A DNA stretch of 64,000 nt, taken from assembly GCA_963674595.2 (NCBI GenBank), contig CAXXFV010000010.1:1-64000 (forward strand), written 5' to 3'. Source of the stretch: a bacterium. GTDB lineage: Bacteria; Zhuqueibacterota; Zhuqueibacteria; Residuimicrobiales; Krinioviventaceae. The notes below the pieces were generated by a model. It had not been told where the DNA came from and ran no database searches. It worked only from the letters and a program-made list of their open reading frames with translations. Position numbers and translations under genes: made by a program. This document shows positions 20,341-29,916 of this stretch, piece by piece. Every line of letters starts with the position of its first letter. Position 1 is the first letter of the stretch.

Positions 20341-22983
20341 ATGAAAGATGAAGAGTTTAAGAAAAAATTAAATGAAGAAACAAGAAAACTTTCTAAAATG
20401 CAAACGACGGATTTCGCATGGCGTTGTGCTGTGCGTGCTTTGCCATTTCTCGCGATTAATGGTAATTTCAACTTTTGGGATGAACAAAATAGAAAAAATC
20501 ATATCTATAGTATATTCTATGCATTAGATATAAGTGTCTCCAGTGTCGCCGCCAACACCGCCTATGACGCTGCTAACGCCGCTAACGCCGCCGCCCACGA
20601 CGTCGTCCATTTTGTCGACTACAATGCCGCCAACGACGCCACCTACGTCGTCGCCTACGCCGTCGCCAACGCCGCCAACGTCGCCGCCAACACCGCCAAC
20701 ACCGCCGACTTCGCCGCCGCCAACGCCGCCTACGCCGCCGCCAATGCCGCCAACCACACCACCAACGCCGCCAACATCGCCGACTTGGTCATCGGCAAAG
20801 CCTCTGACTACGCCCCAAAAAGAATAAAAATAGAATCAATAATTTTACAGGATTTGAAATACTTGCAGGGTGGAAAAGAACAATTCACATCAATAGAATG
20901 GTATGGCGTTATATGGTATAATTTTCAAAAAGCTCTTGAAGCCGAAGGATGTGCATATTGGGGTAAATTATATAAAAATATTTTCGACAATCAATTTATA
21001 ATGGACAAAGAAGCCCTTAAAAGGCGTCTGAGCGTCCCTAAAGAAATACAAGCACAGGGCGCTGCAGCGGTCGCTAGTTATTTAGAAGAAATCGAAAAAA
21101 AAGGTGCCGAACAACTTAACGAGGCCCGTATTATCATACTCGGAGATAAAGGGTCCGGTAAGACCTGCATAGCGCGAAGATTAGTTAATCCTAATGCTCC
21201 AATGACGAAAGAAAATGAAAGTACACCTGGTGTTGAAACTACTTTCTGGAAATTGGAAAAAGATAATATAAATGTACGTATCTGGGATTTTGCCGGGCAT
21301 GTTGTTACTCACGCTGTTCATCAATTTTTTCTTTCAGAACGCTGTTTATATATTATTGTTTACAACGGGCGTACCGACAATCAAAACCAGAATGGAAATG
21401 AATTGCAATATTGGTTAGATCACATGAAAAACTATGGCGGAGATTCTAAAGCAATAATTCTTGTTAATAAACGAGACCAACATCGTGTTGAAATTCCAAT
21501 TAATTTTCTCAAGGAACAATATCCTATCATAAATCATTATACATTTTCTATTAAAAAAGATAAAAAGGAATTAGAAACTTTTCGAACAGATGTTGCTCAA
21601 TATATAAAAAACAATCTTTCCTGGGAAAATCAAATAATACCGAAAAGCTATTTTGAAGTCAAAGAGAGATTAGAAGAACTTTTTAAAGGTATAAACAGAG
21701 AATCAACAGATTTTATTACCAAAGAAAAATTCATAAAGATAGCAGAAAATATTGATAAAAGTAAACAAGATGAATTATTAAAAGACCTGCATTTTCTGGG
21801 CGTTGGATTATGGTATGAAAACATGGAGGATTATAATACTCTGGTACTTAATCCGGAATGGATCAGTCACGGTGTTTATAAAATCATCAATTGGGTACAT
21901 AATGAAAAACAACATTCTCTGGGTTTGGCTGATTTTGAACAGGTCTTTAAGAATGAAGCCAACCGCTATCCCAAAGACAAACATGAATTTCTATACAAGT
22001 TGATGATACACTATGAACTTGCCTATGAAACAGACGGCAAAGACTGTTTAATCATTCCCCATTTGTTAAAAGAAGACCGTCCTGAAAATCTGCCTGATTT
22101 CCCTGTTGGTGAAAGTTTAATGTTACGCTATAAAGCGGACCAACCTTTGCCCCCGAATACCATTTCCCGTTTTATTGTTCGTCATAATCATGAGATCAAA
22201 AAAGAAAAATCCTGCTATTGTGTTTGGCGATATGGAGTTGTACTAGAAGATAGTAAAGGAACAACTGCATTAGTACGGGAAGAAGATCGAACTATTAACG
22301 TTTCCGTAAAAGGTAAGAACAAGACAAACTATATCAGCACATTAAGAGATACTTTGAATGACATTTTTAAAAGTTATAAGAGTAAAATACCTGACCTTCA
22401 ATATCGCATAGTACGTTTTGGGGAAATTCCGAAAGAAATAGAGAAAGAGAATCCTTTATGGTTATCAGAAAAAAACATTTTTTATCATTTTCTCAGAAGA
22501 ACCCCTTTTTATGATGCCGTAACAGGACAATATATTGATCTAAAATCCATAATTGATAAATTAGAAATCAACATTAAAAATTTGACTTTAGGGAGTGGCG
22601 ATATTATAGATAATTCAATACATAATACTTTTAATTTTCAAAATTGCAATATCAACTTACAGAGTAATTTAAATGAATTAGCCCGATTATTTAAAAAAAC
22701 GGGTAATTTGGAAGAAGCGGAAGAACTCGAATATACTGCAGAAGTATTAGATGAGGCTAAACAACTTCAAAAAGATGAAATCAAGAAAAAAGGTGTTTTT
22801 AATAACGTGAGACGCTTTTTAGAAGATTTAGGCGACGATAAATCCAAACTGCATAAAACAGTTAAAGGACTAAAGCGAGGAATTAGTATTGCCCAAGATA
22901 TAGCAAAAACATATAACGATATTGCACAATGGGCTGGGTTACCTCAAGTACCAAAACCATTTTTAAAGAAGGAAGATAAATAA
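20341..22983 (+). CDS. Roc-COR (Roco-family) GTPase lacking LRRs, with Ala/Asn-rich N-terminal helical region
   Basis: GDKGSGKT (G1), STPG (G2), WDFAG (G3), NKRD (G4); COR motifs LH.LG, LNPEW, IPHLL, WRYG. Confidence 0.9.
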   Translation: MKDEEFKKKLNEETRKLSKMQTTDFAWRCAVRALPFLAINGNFNFWDEQNRKNHIYSIFYALDISVSSVAANTAYDAANAANAAAHDVVHFVDYNAANDATYVVAYAVANAANVAANTANTADFAAANAAYAAANAANHTTNAANIADLVIGKASDYAPKRIKIESIILQDLKYLQGGKEQFTSIEWYGVIWYNFQKALEAEGCAYWGKLYKNIFDNQFIMDKEALKRRLSVPKEIQAQGAAAVASYLEEIEKKGAEQLNEARIIILGDKGSGKTCIARRLVNPNAPMTKENESTPGVETTFWKLEKDNINVRIWDFAGHVVTHAVHQFFLSERCLYIIVYNGRTDNQNQNGNELQYWLDHMKNYGGDSKAIILVNKRDQHRVEIPINFLKEQYPIINHYTFSIKKDKKELETFRTDVAQYIKNNLSWENQIIPKSYFEVKERLEELFKGINRESTDFITKEKFIKIAENIDKSKQDELLKDLHFLGVGLWYENMEDYNTLVLNPEWISHGVYKIINWVHNEKQHSLGLADFEQVFKNEANRYPKDKHEFLYKLMIHYELAYETDGKDCLIIPHLLKEDRPENLPDFPVGESLMLRYKADQPLPPNTISRFIVRHNHEIKKEKSCYCVWRYGVVLEDSKGTTALVREEDRTINVSVKGKNKTNYISTLRDTLNDIFKSYKSKIPDLQYRIVRFGEIPKEIEKENPLWLSEKNIFYHFLRRTPFYDAVTGQYIDLKSIIDKLEINIKNLTLGSGDIIDNSIHNTFNFQNCNINLQSNLNELARLFKKTGNLEEAEELEYTAEVLDEAKQLQKDEIKKKGVFNNVRRFLEDLGDDKSKLHKTVKGLKRGISIAQDIAKTYNDIAQWAGLPQVPKPFLKKEDK

Positions 22984-23046
22984 CAACATCTTATTATATA
23001 AAAAATGAATTATAACCATTTGATTTATTTAAATATATGGCAAATC

Positions 23047-23075
23047 AAAAGCCCCATTTTCACAGGGCTTTTTTT
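23047..23075. terminator. Bidirectional intrinsic terminator
   Basis: AAAAGCCC...GGGCTTTTTTT between convergent genes. Confidence 0.8.
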
Positions 23076-23085
23076 ATAAAAGATT

Positions 23086-23427
23086 TTATTCGGCCAGTAC
23101 ATCTTCAACAGTTTCAACCGCTTCCTCAACAGGCCGCTCCCAATCCGCTAATTCAGGCAATGGCCAACCGCCTTCCTGCGCTGTATCTTCACACAACGCC
23201 ATAAAGGTTTTGTAGCCTTTGTCATCTGTGGTTGTTTTACTCTGCTCGACCAAATCCTTAAGCCAAATCCTGGCCGAGATATAACCTTCCTGAACGATTT
23301 TGATCTCACGATCATTCAACTTTTCACCTTTGACATATTTATCAAGAATGGTTTGAGCAATATCAATAGAATAGTTGATTAGCCACTCTGTTGGTAGGGC
23401 CGATACTGCTGATGTTAAAATAGACAT
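23086..23427 (-). CDS. Phage hypothetical protein (end of lysis module)
   Basis: RBS AAAGGA; co-oriented. Confidence 0.65.
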   Translation of the reverse strand: MSILTSAVSALPTEWLINYSIDIAQTILDKYVKGEKLNDREIKIVQEGYISARIWLKDLVEQSKTTTDDKGYKTFMALCEDTAQEGGWPLPELADWERPVEEAVETVEDVLAE

Positions 23428-23479
23428 GTAATTGATCCTTTCTGTGTTTGTTTATTGTGAATTAATAAAGAGATAATGT

Positions 23480-23722
23480 TTATTTTTTCTTTAACGAATT
23501 GACAACACTGATCTCATTTTTAAATAATGTTTCCGGTTTGACAGATTTTTCCTTTACAATCCTTGCTCCTTTGGCCACTCCCCCGGCAACGGCAATAGCT
23601 GAACCCACTTTGCAAATCCATGGACTTGCTACAGGTCCAATACCGGGAATGAGTGAAACAGCGCCTCCAAGTAAAATCACACCCAATCCGGTTAATGTTT
23701 TAGGTATTTTTGGAATTTTCAT
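23480..23722 (-). CDS. Putative holin
   Basis: Two hydrophobic segments, basic C-terminus, adjacent to the endolysin. Confidence 0.55.
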   Translation of the reverse strand: MKIPKIPKTLTGLGVILLGGAVSLIPGIGPVASPWICKVGSAIAVAGGVAKGARIVKEKSVKPETLFKNEISVVNSLKKK

Positions 23723-23743
23723 ATTTAAAATTTCCTTTCTAGT

Positions 23744-24145
23744 TTAATCAACTTTCTCAAAATGAACCAAATCCTGAAAATCCTGGTCCGTCATAACCTC
23801 CGCATCCATATCCCAGTTGCCTCCCCATCTTAGCCTGACACCTTCCAGTTCGGCAACAGCCATCACGACACCCGCAAAATATATACAGTGTGGAATTTGA
23901 TAAGAAGCCTTTCCGTTTACCCAGGGTGCAACATCAACAGCCTTGCTTGGTTTTCCGTTGTGTTTACCTTTAGGATATTGTACACGGGATTTGTTTTCTT
24001 TATAATATTGATTCTGTTTGTTTTCGTCTCTGTAGCCCTCTAAAACAGCGTGGTCAACTATTTGTAGTACTTTTCTAAAGACCCTTTGTAAATCCGGATC
24101 TGCTGTCGATAAACGTTGTTCCGATATAGGTGAATAAAAATACAT
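23744..24145 (-). CDS. Endolysin, M15 family (L-Ala-D-Glu peptidase-like)
   Basis: EGYR...Q, KHN..PS.AVD, LRWGGNWD, DLVHFE. Confidence 0.9.
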   Translation of the reverse strand: MYFYSPISEQRLSTADPDLQRVFRKVLQIVDHAVLEGYRDENKQNQYYKENKSRVQYPKGKHNGKPSKAVDVAPWVNGKASYQIPHCIYFAGVVMAVAELEGVRLRWGGNWDMDAEVMTDQDFQDLVHFEKVD

Positions 24146-24157
24146 TAAGCCTCCATT

Positions 24158-24478
24158 TTACCAGGTGTTTTTTTCAAAAATAATGGAATCGATATCCTCG
24201 TCATCCGGTGTTGAAACCGGTTCTGTTTCATCCTTTAATTTGATTTTAGCTTCTTCATATTGTGAGAGCATTTTATCACAAAAATCTCTCATCCTCCTGA
24301 TGGCTGTATAACCTTTTATATCAATCGTCCGGGTCGGATCGTCTTTGATGCCCTCTTTGGTATCGATTTTAATTCCGATCTGGATTCTTAAATCATCGGG
24401 ATTATTCGTGACAATACCGGTAACAACCGGGTAGACATAATACCCATCAAGCTTTAAACCGAGTTTTTTATAATCCAT
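24158..24478 (-). CDS. Phage hypothetical protein
   Basis: Tightly packed ORF with RBS. Confidence 0.6.
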   Translation of the reverse strand: MDYKKLGLKLDGYYVYPVVTGIVTNNPDDLRIQIGIKIDTKEGIKDDPTRTIDIKGYTAIRRMRDFCDKMLSQYEEAKIKLKDETEPVSTPDDEDIDSIIFEKNTW

Positions 24479-24501
24479 TATCTTCCCTTTTCAGATAACA
24501 C

Positions 24502-25677
24502 TTAATACATTCTCCCGGAGGTCATAATCCGGTTATTAGAGCCTGAAGTCGCCGCAGCAACAAAAATCCCATTACCATAAGCAACGGCCCGCCAGGCGTT
24601 ATCGGCGGCACTGGCGCGGGACGTCCATGTGATACCATCCGTGGAAGTCATAACGCGGTCACCCGTGCCGCTATTGGCAACGGCAACGAACAGCCCGTTT
24701 CCATAGGTAACGGCCCGCCAGGCATTATCGGAAGCACTGGCGCGATATGTCCAGTAAAGACCCTCCGGGGACGTCATAACACGGTCACCGGTGCCGGAAG
24801 CGGCAACAGCAACAAACATCCCATTACCATAGGTAACAGCGTACCACTGGTTATCAGAAGCACCCATGCGGGAGGTCCAGGTAATACCGTCCGTAGAAGT
24901 CATAACACAGTAAACAGTACCATTGGAAGCAACGGCAACAAACCGCCCGTTACCATAGGCAACAGAACTCCAGTACTCATTATCGGCAGCACTGGCGCGG
25001 GACGTCCAGGTAATACCATCCGGCGATGTCATAATTTGGTGGCCTGTACCGGTAGTACTCGCAACAGCAACAAACAACCCATTACCGTAGGTAACAGAAT
25101 TCCAGGAAATATCTGCGGCGCTGGTACGGGACGTCCAAGTAATGCCATCGGGGGACGTCATAACACGGTTACCGGTACCACTAGCCGCAACAGCAACAAA
25201 CAGCCCGTTCCCGTAAGCCACAGAGGTCCAGGAATTATCGGCAGCGCTGGTGCGGGACGTCCAGTAAACACCATCCGTAGATGTCATGACGCGGTTACCA
25301 ATCCCGGAAGCAGAAACAGCAACAAATATTCCGTTGCCATAGGCTACAGACCGCCAGGTATTATTCTCCGGGTTATTACGTGATTCCCATATAATACCCC
25401 GGTCAATGAGATAGCCGGTGAGTTCTAAATTTCCTTGCGGGTCTAAATAAAACGTTTGTGCGCCGGTCGAGTTGTAGACCATAATGGCCCAAACACCATC
25501 CATATTTTTTAATACGATCGAACTTGTATCATAGTCTGCGATAGTCGAATGACTTTTTTCATAATTAGAATCAAACCACACCTGACCGTATATTCCCCGG
25601 TTATGGGTATAGGTAATCTGGCAAAAAGCCGAAACGCTCATCATGACCAAAATCAACAACATTAACCATTTTTTCAT
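24502..25677 (-). CDS. Seven-bladed beta-propeller (BNR/Asp-box repeats) with N-terminal signal-like sequence
   Basis: Seven ~43-aa repeats W..V.YGNG.FVAVA..GTG.RVMTS.DG.TWT. Confidence 0.85.
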   Translation of the reverse strand: MKKWLMLLILVMMSVSAFCQITYTHNRGIYGQVWFDSNYEKSHSTIADYDTSSIVLKNMDGVWAIMVYNSTGAQTFYLDPQGNLELTGYLIDRGIIWESRNNPENNTWRSVAYGNGIFVAVSASGIGNRVMTSTDGVYWTSRTSAADNSWTSVAYGNGLFVAVAASGTGNRVMTSPDGITWTSRTSAADISWNSVTYGNGLFVAVASTTGTGHQIMTSPDGITWTSRASAADNEYWSSVAYGNGRFVAVASNGTVYCVMTSTDGITWTSRMGASDNQWYAVTYGNGMFVAVAASGTGDRVMTSPEGLYWTYRASASDNAWRAVTYGNGLFVAVANSGTGDRVMTSTDGITWTSRASAADNAWRAVAYGNGIFVAAATSGSNNRIMTSGRMY

Positions 25678-25706
25678 ACTGTATTCCTTCCTGTTAAATA
25701 AAAAAG

Positions 25707-25973
25707 TTATGCTCCAACAAAACCAATTAAATCCGGTCCCTGTATTCGACCGATTTTTATTCCATCTTTATATATATCATAAGCCAGTTCGGTATCACCA
25801 TCCGAGTCCGGTTTATATTCCGACAGGCTGGCCAACTGATTGGCATTTATAGCTCCGGTCGGATAAGCCTGATCTGCCGGCTGATATTGTATTGTGTGAG
25901 TTGTGGTGTCCGGTTTCCCGGTTGTTCCGTGTTTCATGCTTATTATCATGTATTCAGCAGCCCATGTGCTCAT
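25707..25973 (-). CDS. Phage tail-region hypothetical protein
   Basis: Position and packing. Confidence 0.6.
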   Translation of the reverse strand: MSTWAAEYMIISMKHGTTGKPDTTTHTIQYQPADQAYPTGAINANQLASLSEYKPDSDGDTELAYDIYKDGIKIGRIQGPDLIGFVGA

Positions 25974-25975
25974 TT

Positions 25976-26404
25976 TTAAAATCTCCCTAACGGCATAAAA
26001 TCAAATGTAAATGTGGCCTGGTCCCCGATTGTTTCGTAAAAAGTGACAATAACCGGTTCTACGGCATTGTATTTCCCCTCTATCATCGGGATTTTAATAT
26101 TCGGGTCAACCCGGACAATAACGGATTCCTTTGGACGGTCCTTATAGTCCCGGAACAGATTGATGTAATCCGTGACGCCTCGTAAGGTTTCAGCGCTCTG
26201 GATATAGGAGGAATCATCCGGGTTGAAAAGATACAACGTGTATTTTTTCCACATGGTCCCGGTCAGATAGATTATTGGCCGTCTGTTTTGTAGTATCTGA
26301 ATATCATAGGCCTGGTTCTTTTCAATTTCTAATCTCATGGCCGTCTGATCATCGAATAAAAGCGTACCGCCCGGCCAGGTTAATTTCATCACGTCATAAA
26401 TCAT
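25976..26404 (-). CDS. Phage tail-region hypothetical protein
   Basis: Position; loosely resembles 29530..29916. Confidence 0.6.
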   Translation of the reverse strand: MIYDVMKLTWPGGTLLFDDQTAMRLEIEKNQAYDIQILQNRRPIIYLTGTMWKKYTLYLFNPDDSSYIQSAETLRGVTDYINLFRDYKDRPKESVIVRVDPNIKIPMIEGKYNAVEPVIVTFYETIGDQATFTFDFMPLGRF

Positions 26405-29400
26405 TTAATCAAATATCCCGTTTTTAACATATCCCAATAATTCGACGTTAAAACCGTCTGACAATTTAAATCCGGATAGTCCGATCAGCTCGACATCAAG
26501 TTCAAAACCCGGCTGGTCACTGACCACATGTTGCCGGTCACCCAGTCTGGCCAGAGCACCCAAAAGCGTCAGGTTGTAACGGACCAGTTTTACTCCCCCT
26601 TCCCAAAACCTGTATTTGTTTTGAGCGATAAATTGGGCCGGAGTAGATGAATAGAATCCGGGTAAATAAAGTTCTTTGGTGCGTTTATAACCGTTGCGGA
26701 TAAATGACGTGTTCTCAGCATTGGTAGCCGGATAGGTCAAGGTGTATAAAAAAGACTCCTTCGCATAATCAAAGCCATAATAGACAATGATCTCATTAAC
26801 AAAATCCAGCTCCTCAATCTGCGGGTCCGGTATTTTTAAGGCATTGTTTGAATTGATTTCCGGCAAGGTTTCTCCGGCAGGTGAGGCTTTAAAAATGTGG
26901 ATATGATGAACGCCCCAGTTATCCTGAAACTCAAACCCGTCAAAATGGGCCGAAATCACTTCAAGGGCCTGTAACACGTTCATGGCCGTATCAAGCGTCA
27001 GGGAAATATTCAAATTGTTGTCATCACAATAGGAGAACTCGTTATCAAAAGTATATTCGAGTTCATTCCCGGTATCAACGGCAGCACTTTGTTTGAGCTC
27101 AACCTGCGCGGCCATGGAATAAGAGTTTGTCAGGGCTGATACACCGATCTGAACATACGGCGGGTAGCTGCTCAGGGTATCATTGCCCGTACTGATGACA
27201 AGGTCCTCTGTTGTAGTCCCTTCGGTAATAGTAAGAGTCGCTCCGGTCTTTAGCAATGTGGGAACATTAACTTTGATCTTGATGGCCGTAGCCCCGGAAC
27301 CGGCCTTCTCATATAAGGTGCCAACGGCTTTATTTCCGAAATAAGAAGATGACCCGATTAAACCGGTTCCTATCTGATTGGCTGTTAATAAATCATAAAT
27401 GGCCTGTACCGGATTTTCATCAACCCATGAAATCCCGGTTAAAAAGGACAGCTTGTAGCCTTCCAGAATCAAACCGCCCCAGGCAGAAGATGGTATCTGA
27501 ATAAATCCGGGTAATGTTAAATTTGAGCCTATATTTCCTGTCGAGCTGATACCCGGACCGGAAATGGTATAATCCGTATCACTGGTAAATTCGATATTCC
27601 ATCTTCCGACTTTGCAGCCGTCATAAACCGTTACCAAAGTTCGATCCAGTTCACCGGCTCCGAGAACATTAAACGCCTGTGAATAGGAACCGTTCTCAAC
27701 AGCCACGGCAGCCACATTGGGAAGAACACTAATATCACTGGATTGAAAGCTCAATACCTGAAACTCAAAACTCTGTGAGGCTGTGTCACTGTTCGAGTCC
27801 GTCACCTGTACGGTAAAATTAAAGGTCCCTGCCTGTGTCGGTGTGCCGGATAAAATGCCGGCAGTGCTCAATGTCAAACCGTCCGGCAGAATACCACTGA
27901 TCACCTGAAAGGTGTAACCGCCCTGACCGCCGGATGCTTTTATGGTTGCCGAATAAGCAGCCCCTTTAACGCCGTTGGTGACAACGCTTGTGGCAATATC
28001 CAGAGCGCCTTCATAAAATCTCATGTAATCGAATTTGCATTGAAAATTGGTAATATTCACGGTACAGGCAAAGATACCGACATAATCAATGGTCCCGCTT
28101 TGCGTTGAGTTACCCATGTGTATCCATGCGTCACCCTCATTGGCCTTGTAATTAAAAGAGAATGTGCCGGAGCTGTACCTGATCTTTAAATAAACTGTGT
28201 TGCCGCCCGCATAAGTGGTGATATAATCCAAATTTCCGACAGTCGTTCTTTTGGCAAAAATCCGGGTGCTTAAATTATCAAAACCAAAAAGCACATAATC
28301 TTTTGATGTTGAAAATTTAACCGCAAGCCCGGCCATGATGCCGGTCCAGTCCGTGTAGGAAATCAAATCCACTCTACATTCAAGCACCCAATTTGATGTT
28401 GTAATCGGGTCGGCAGGTTCGGTAAAATAGACTCTCGGCCCCTGTTCATAACTGGAATCCAGTTTAAAACTGCCGTCCAACTCAAAGGTCAAATAACCGT
28501 CATTCTCACTAAAAGAAACGTCTGCGCTGTTCGGATTAACAAGGTCCAGACCGGTATACCCCTGACTCTCAACCAGTTCCGTGTTGGCCGGTTCCGGTTC
28601 GACCTCAAGGGTGATGAGCTGGTTTTTTGATTCACCATCATCATTGGTCACTTTTAACGTAAACTCGAATGTCCCGTCCTCAAGCGGTGTGCCGGATATG
28701 ATCCCGGTTGCTGTGTTTAAGGTGATACCGGAAGGCAATGCACCGGATTCAATCTCCCATTCGTATGGTGGTAAGCCCCAGCCACCTTCCCATTCAACAG
28801 AGTTTTCCAGGGTGCCGTTTGCGCCGACCCGCATGAGTTTTTTATCGGAATCCCTGTCGGCCCCGGCCACATCCACATCAAGGGCCAGTTTGTTTGTATT
28901 TGCCAAAATAAGCGTTGTTCTGCCGTCCTGACAAACCGGCGGCGCGATGATCCGGCCACGGTAACAGGAAATCCATGTTTCACAACCCACAAACTGCAGT
29001 TTGATCAAAAAGTCTTTTTTGGAATAACTCTGCGTATAAACCGGCGTTCCGGCATCATAGGAGTTTACTAAAGTATCGATGGGAAGGATTGTCCGGGATA
29101 AGGCCGTTCCACTGAAATCATTGACAATGACAACCTCTTGATTTGTGCCGTCATTTATGATTAAAGTTTCTCTCACCTGCGGGCTGAATCCTTTTTTAGA
29201 TGTTACGGTAAAAGAAGACGCCCCGGAACTTACGCCACTGCCCAGCTCACCATATCCCTGGTAAAACAAACCGTTCGGGTTCAACGGATTTAAAAATCCG
29301 TCCGGATCATTTAAAACCATCGTGATCTCCTGTATCATGGTCTGGTCCGAATAGGCGATATCCAGCTCCCGTTCATTAGAGATCGGCGTAACAGACACCA

Positions 29401-29530
29401 CATCATAACGCCCGGACAACTCGACGGCATAACCGTCAGGATCGTATATGACCTTGACACGGGGTTTGGCGCCAGTCTTTTTTTCAAGAACAGTCTGCAG
29501 TTCGGTCGGAAGTTTGGTATACCAGGGCAT
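26405..29530 (-). CDS. Tail tip/hub protein with putative Ig (He_PIG-like) domains and a ConA/LamG-like insert
   Basis: SGALPSGITLN..TG.ISGTP...GTF.FT twice; AGLAV...YLKIRY...FNY...W...FDY lectin-like block; follows the tape measure gene. Confidence 0.75.
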   Translation of the reverse strand: MPWYTKLPTELQTVLEKKTGAKPRVKVIYDPDGYAVELSGRYDVVSVTPISNERELDIAYSDQTMIQEITMVLNDPDGFLNPLNPNGLFYQGYGELGSGVSSGASSFTVTSKKGFSPQVRETLIINDGTNQEVVIVNDFSGTALSRTILPIDTLVNSYDAGTPVYTQSYSKKDFLIKLQFVGCETWISCYRGRIIAPPVCQDGRTTLILANTNKLALDVDVAGADRDSDKKLMRVGANGTLENSVEWEGGWGLPPYEWEIESGALPSGITLNTATGIISGTPLEDGTFEFTLKVTNDDGESKNQLITLEVEPEPANTELVESQGYTGLDLVNPNSADVSFSENDGYLTFELDGSFKLDSSYEQGPRVYFTEPADPITTSNWVLECRVDLISYTDWTGIMAGLAVKFSTSKDYVLFGFDNLSTRIFAKRTTVGNLDYITTYAGGNTVYLKIRYSSGTFSFNYKANEGDAWIHMGNSTQSGTIDYVGIFACTVNITNFQCKFDYMRFYEGALDIATSVVTNGVKGAAYSATIKASGGQGGYTFQVISGILPDGLTLSTAGILSGTPTQAGTFNFTVQVTDSNSDTASQSFEFQVLSFQSSDISVLPNVAAVAVENGSYSQAFNVLGAGELDRTLVTVYDGCKVGRWNIEFTSDTDYTISGPGISSTGNIGSNLTLPGFIQIPSSAWGGLILEGYKLSFLTGISWVDENPVQAIYDLLTANQIGTGLIGSSSYFGNKAVGTLYEKAGSGATAIKIKVNVPTLLKTGATLTITEGTTTEDLVISTGNDTLSSYPPYVQIGVSALTNSYSMAAQVELKQSAAVDTGNELEYTFDNEFSYCDDNNLNISLTLDTAMNVLQALEVISAHFDGFEFQDNWGVHHIHIFKASPAGETLPEINSNNALKIPDPQIEELDFVNEIIVYYGFDYAKESFLYTLTYPATNAENTSFIRNGYKRTKELYLPGFYSSTPAQFIAQNKYRFWEGGVKLVRYNLTLLGALARLGDRQHVVSDQPGFELDVELIGLSGFKLSDGFNVELLGYVKNGIFD

Positions 29531-29916
29531 TACTTGCTGCTCTCCAGAAAAGTCAATACATGCCGGTTTTTAGCTTCCCGGTCCCCGTAAAATCTGACCT
29601 CTTTAATGCCGCTTGGAATTAATATGACGTTTAGAGATTTTTCCACACCGGCAGAAGCATAGGCATAATAAAGCGTCATTTCATCTTCTTCATCAATCAG
29701 CCGTTGTATTTTGTCCCGTGTAGAGGCCCACTCTTCAATAAAGATTATCGGCATGACGTTCCAGGATTGCCCTTTGAAAAACAAAACAGGTCCGCCCTGC
29801 TGGTTTCTCTGTATCTCAATTTCCTGTTGCGGCTGGTCATCGTGGTTCAGGATTTCTTCTTTGTAAAAATCAACATCACCGGATGTTAAGGTAAATTTTA
29901 TGGCTGTTTCGCTCAT
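29530..29916 (-). CDS. Putative distal tail protein
   Basis: Immediately downstream of the tape measure gene. Confidence 0.5.
   Translation of the reverse strand: MSETAIKFTLTSGDVDFYKEEILNHDDQPQQEIEIQRNQQGGPVLFFKGQSWNVMPIIFIEEWASTRDKIQRLIDEEDEMTLYYAYASAGVEKSLNVILIPSGIKEVRFYGDREAKNRHVLTFLESSK

Noticed and set aside
20533-20784. AAC/NNC-rich tract as a diversity-generating retroelement template or variable region
   Set aside because: No reverse transcriptase and no second copy differing only at adenines in the window; GCC dominates rather than AAC.
20524-20827. Gly/Val-rich and Pro/Thr-rich ORFs overlapping the Roco gene
   Set aside because: Alternative-frame shadows of the trinucleotide tract.
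24520-25390. Regular repeats as a CRISPR array or DGR repeat pair
   Set aside because: They are in-frame coding repeats with synonymous variation, no unique spacers and no cas genes.
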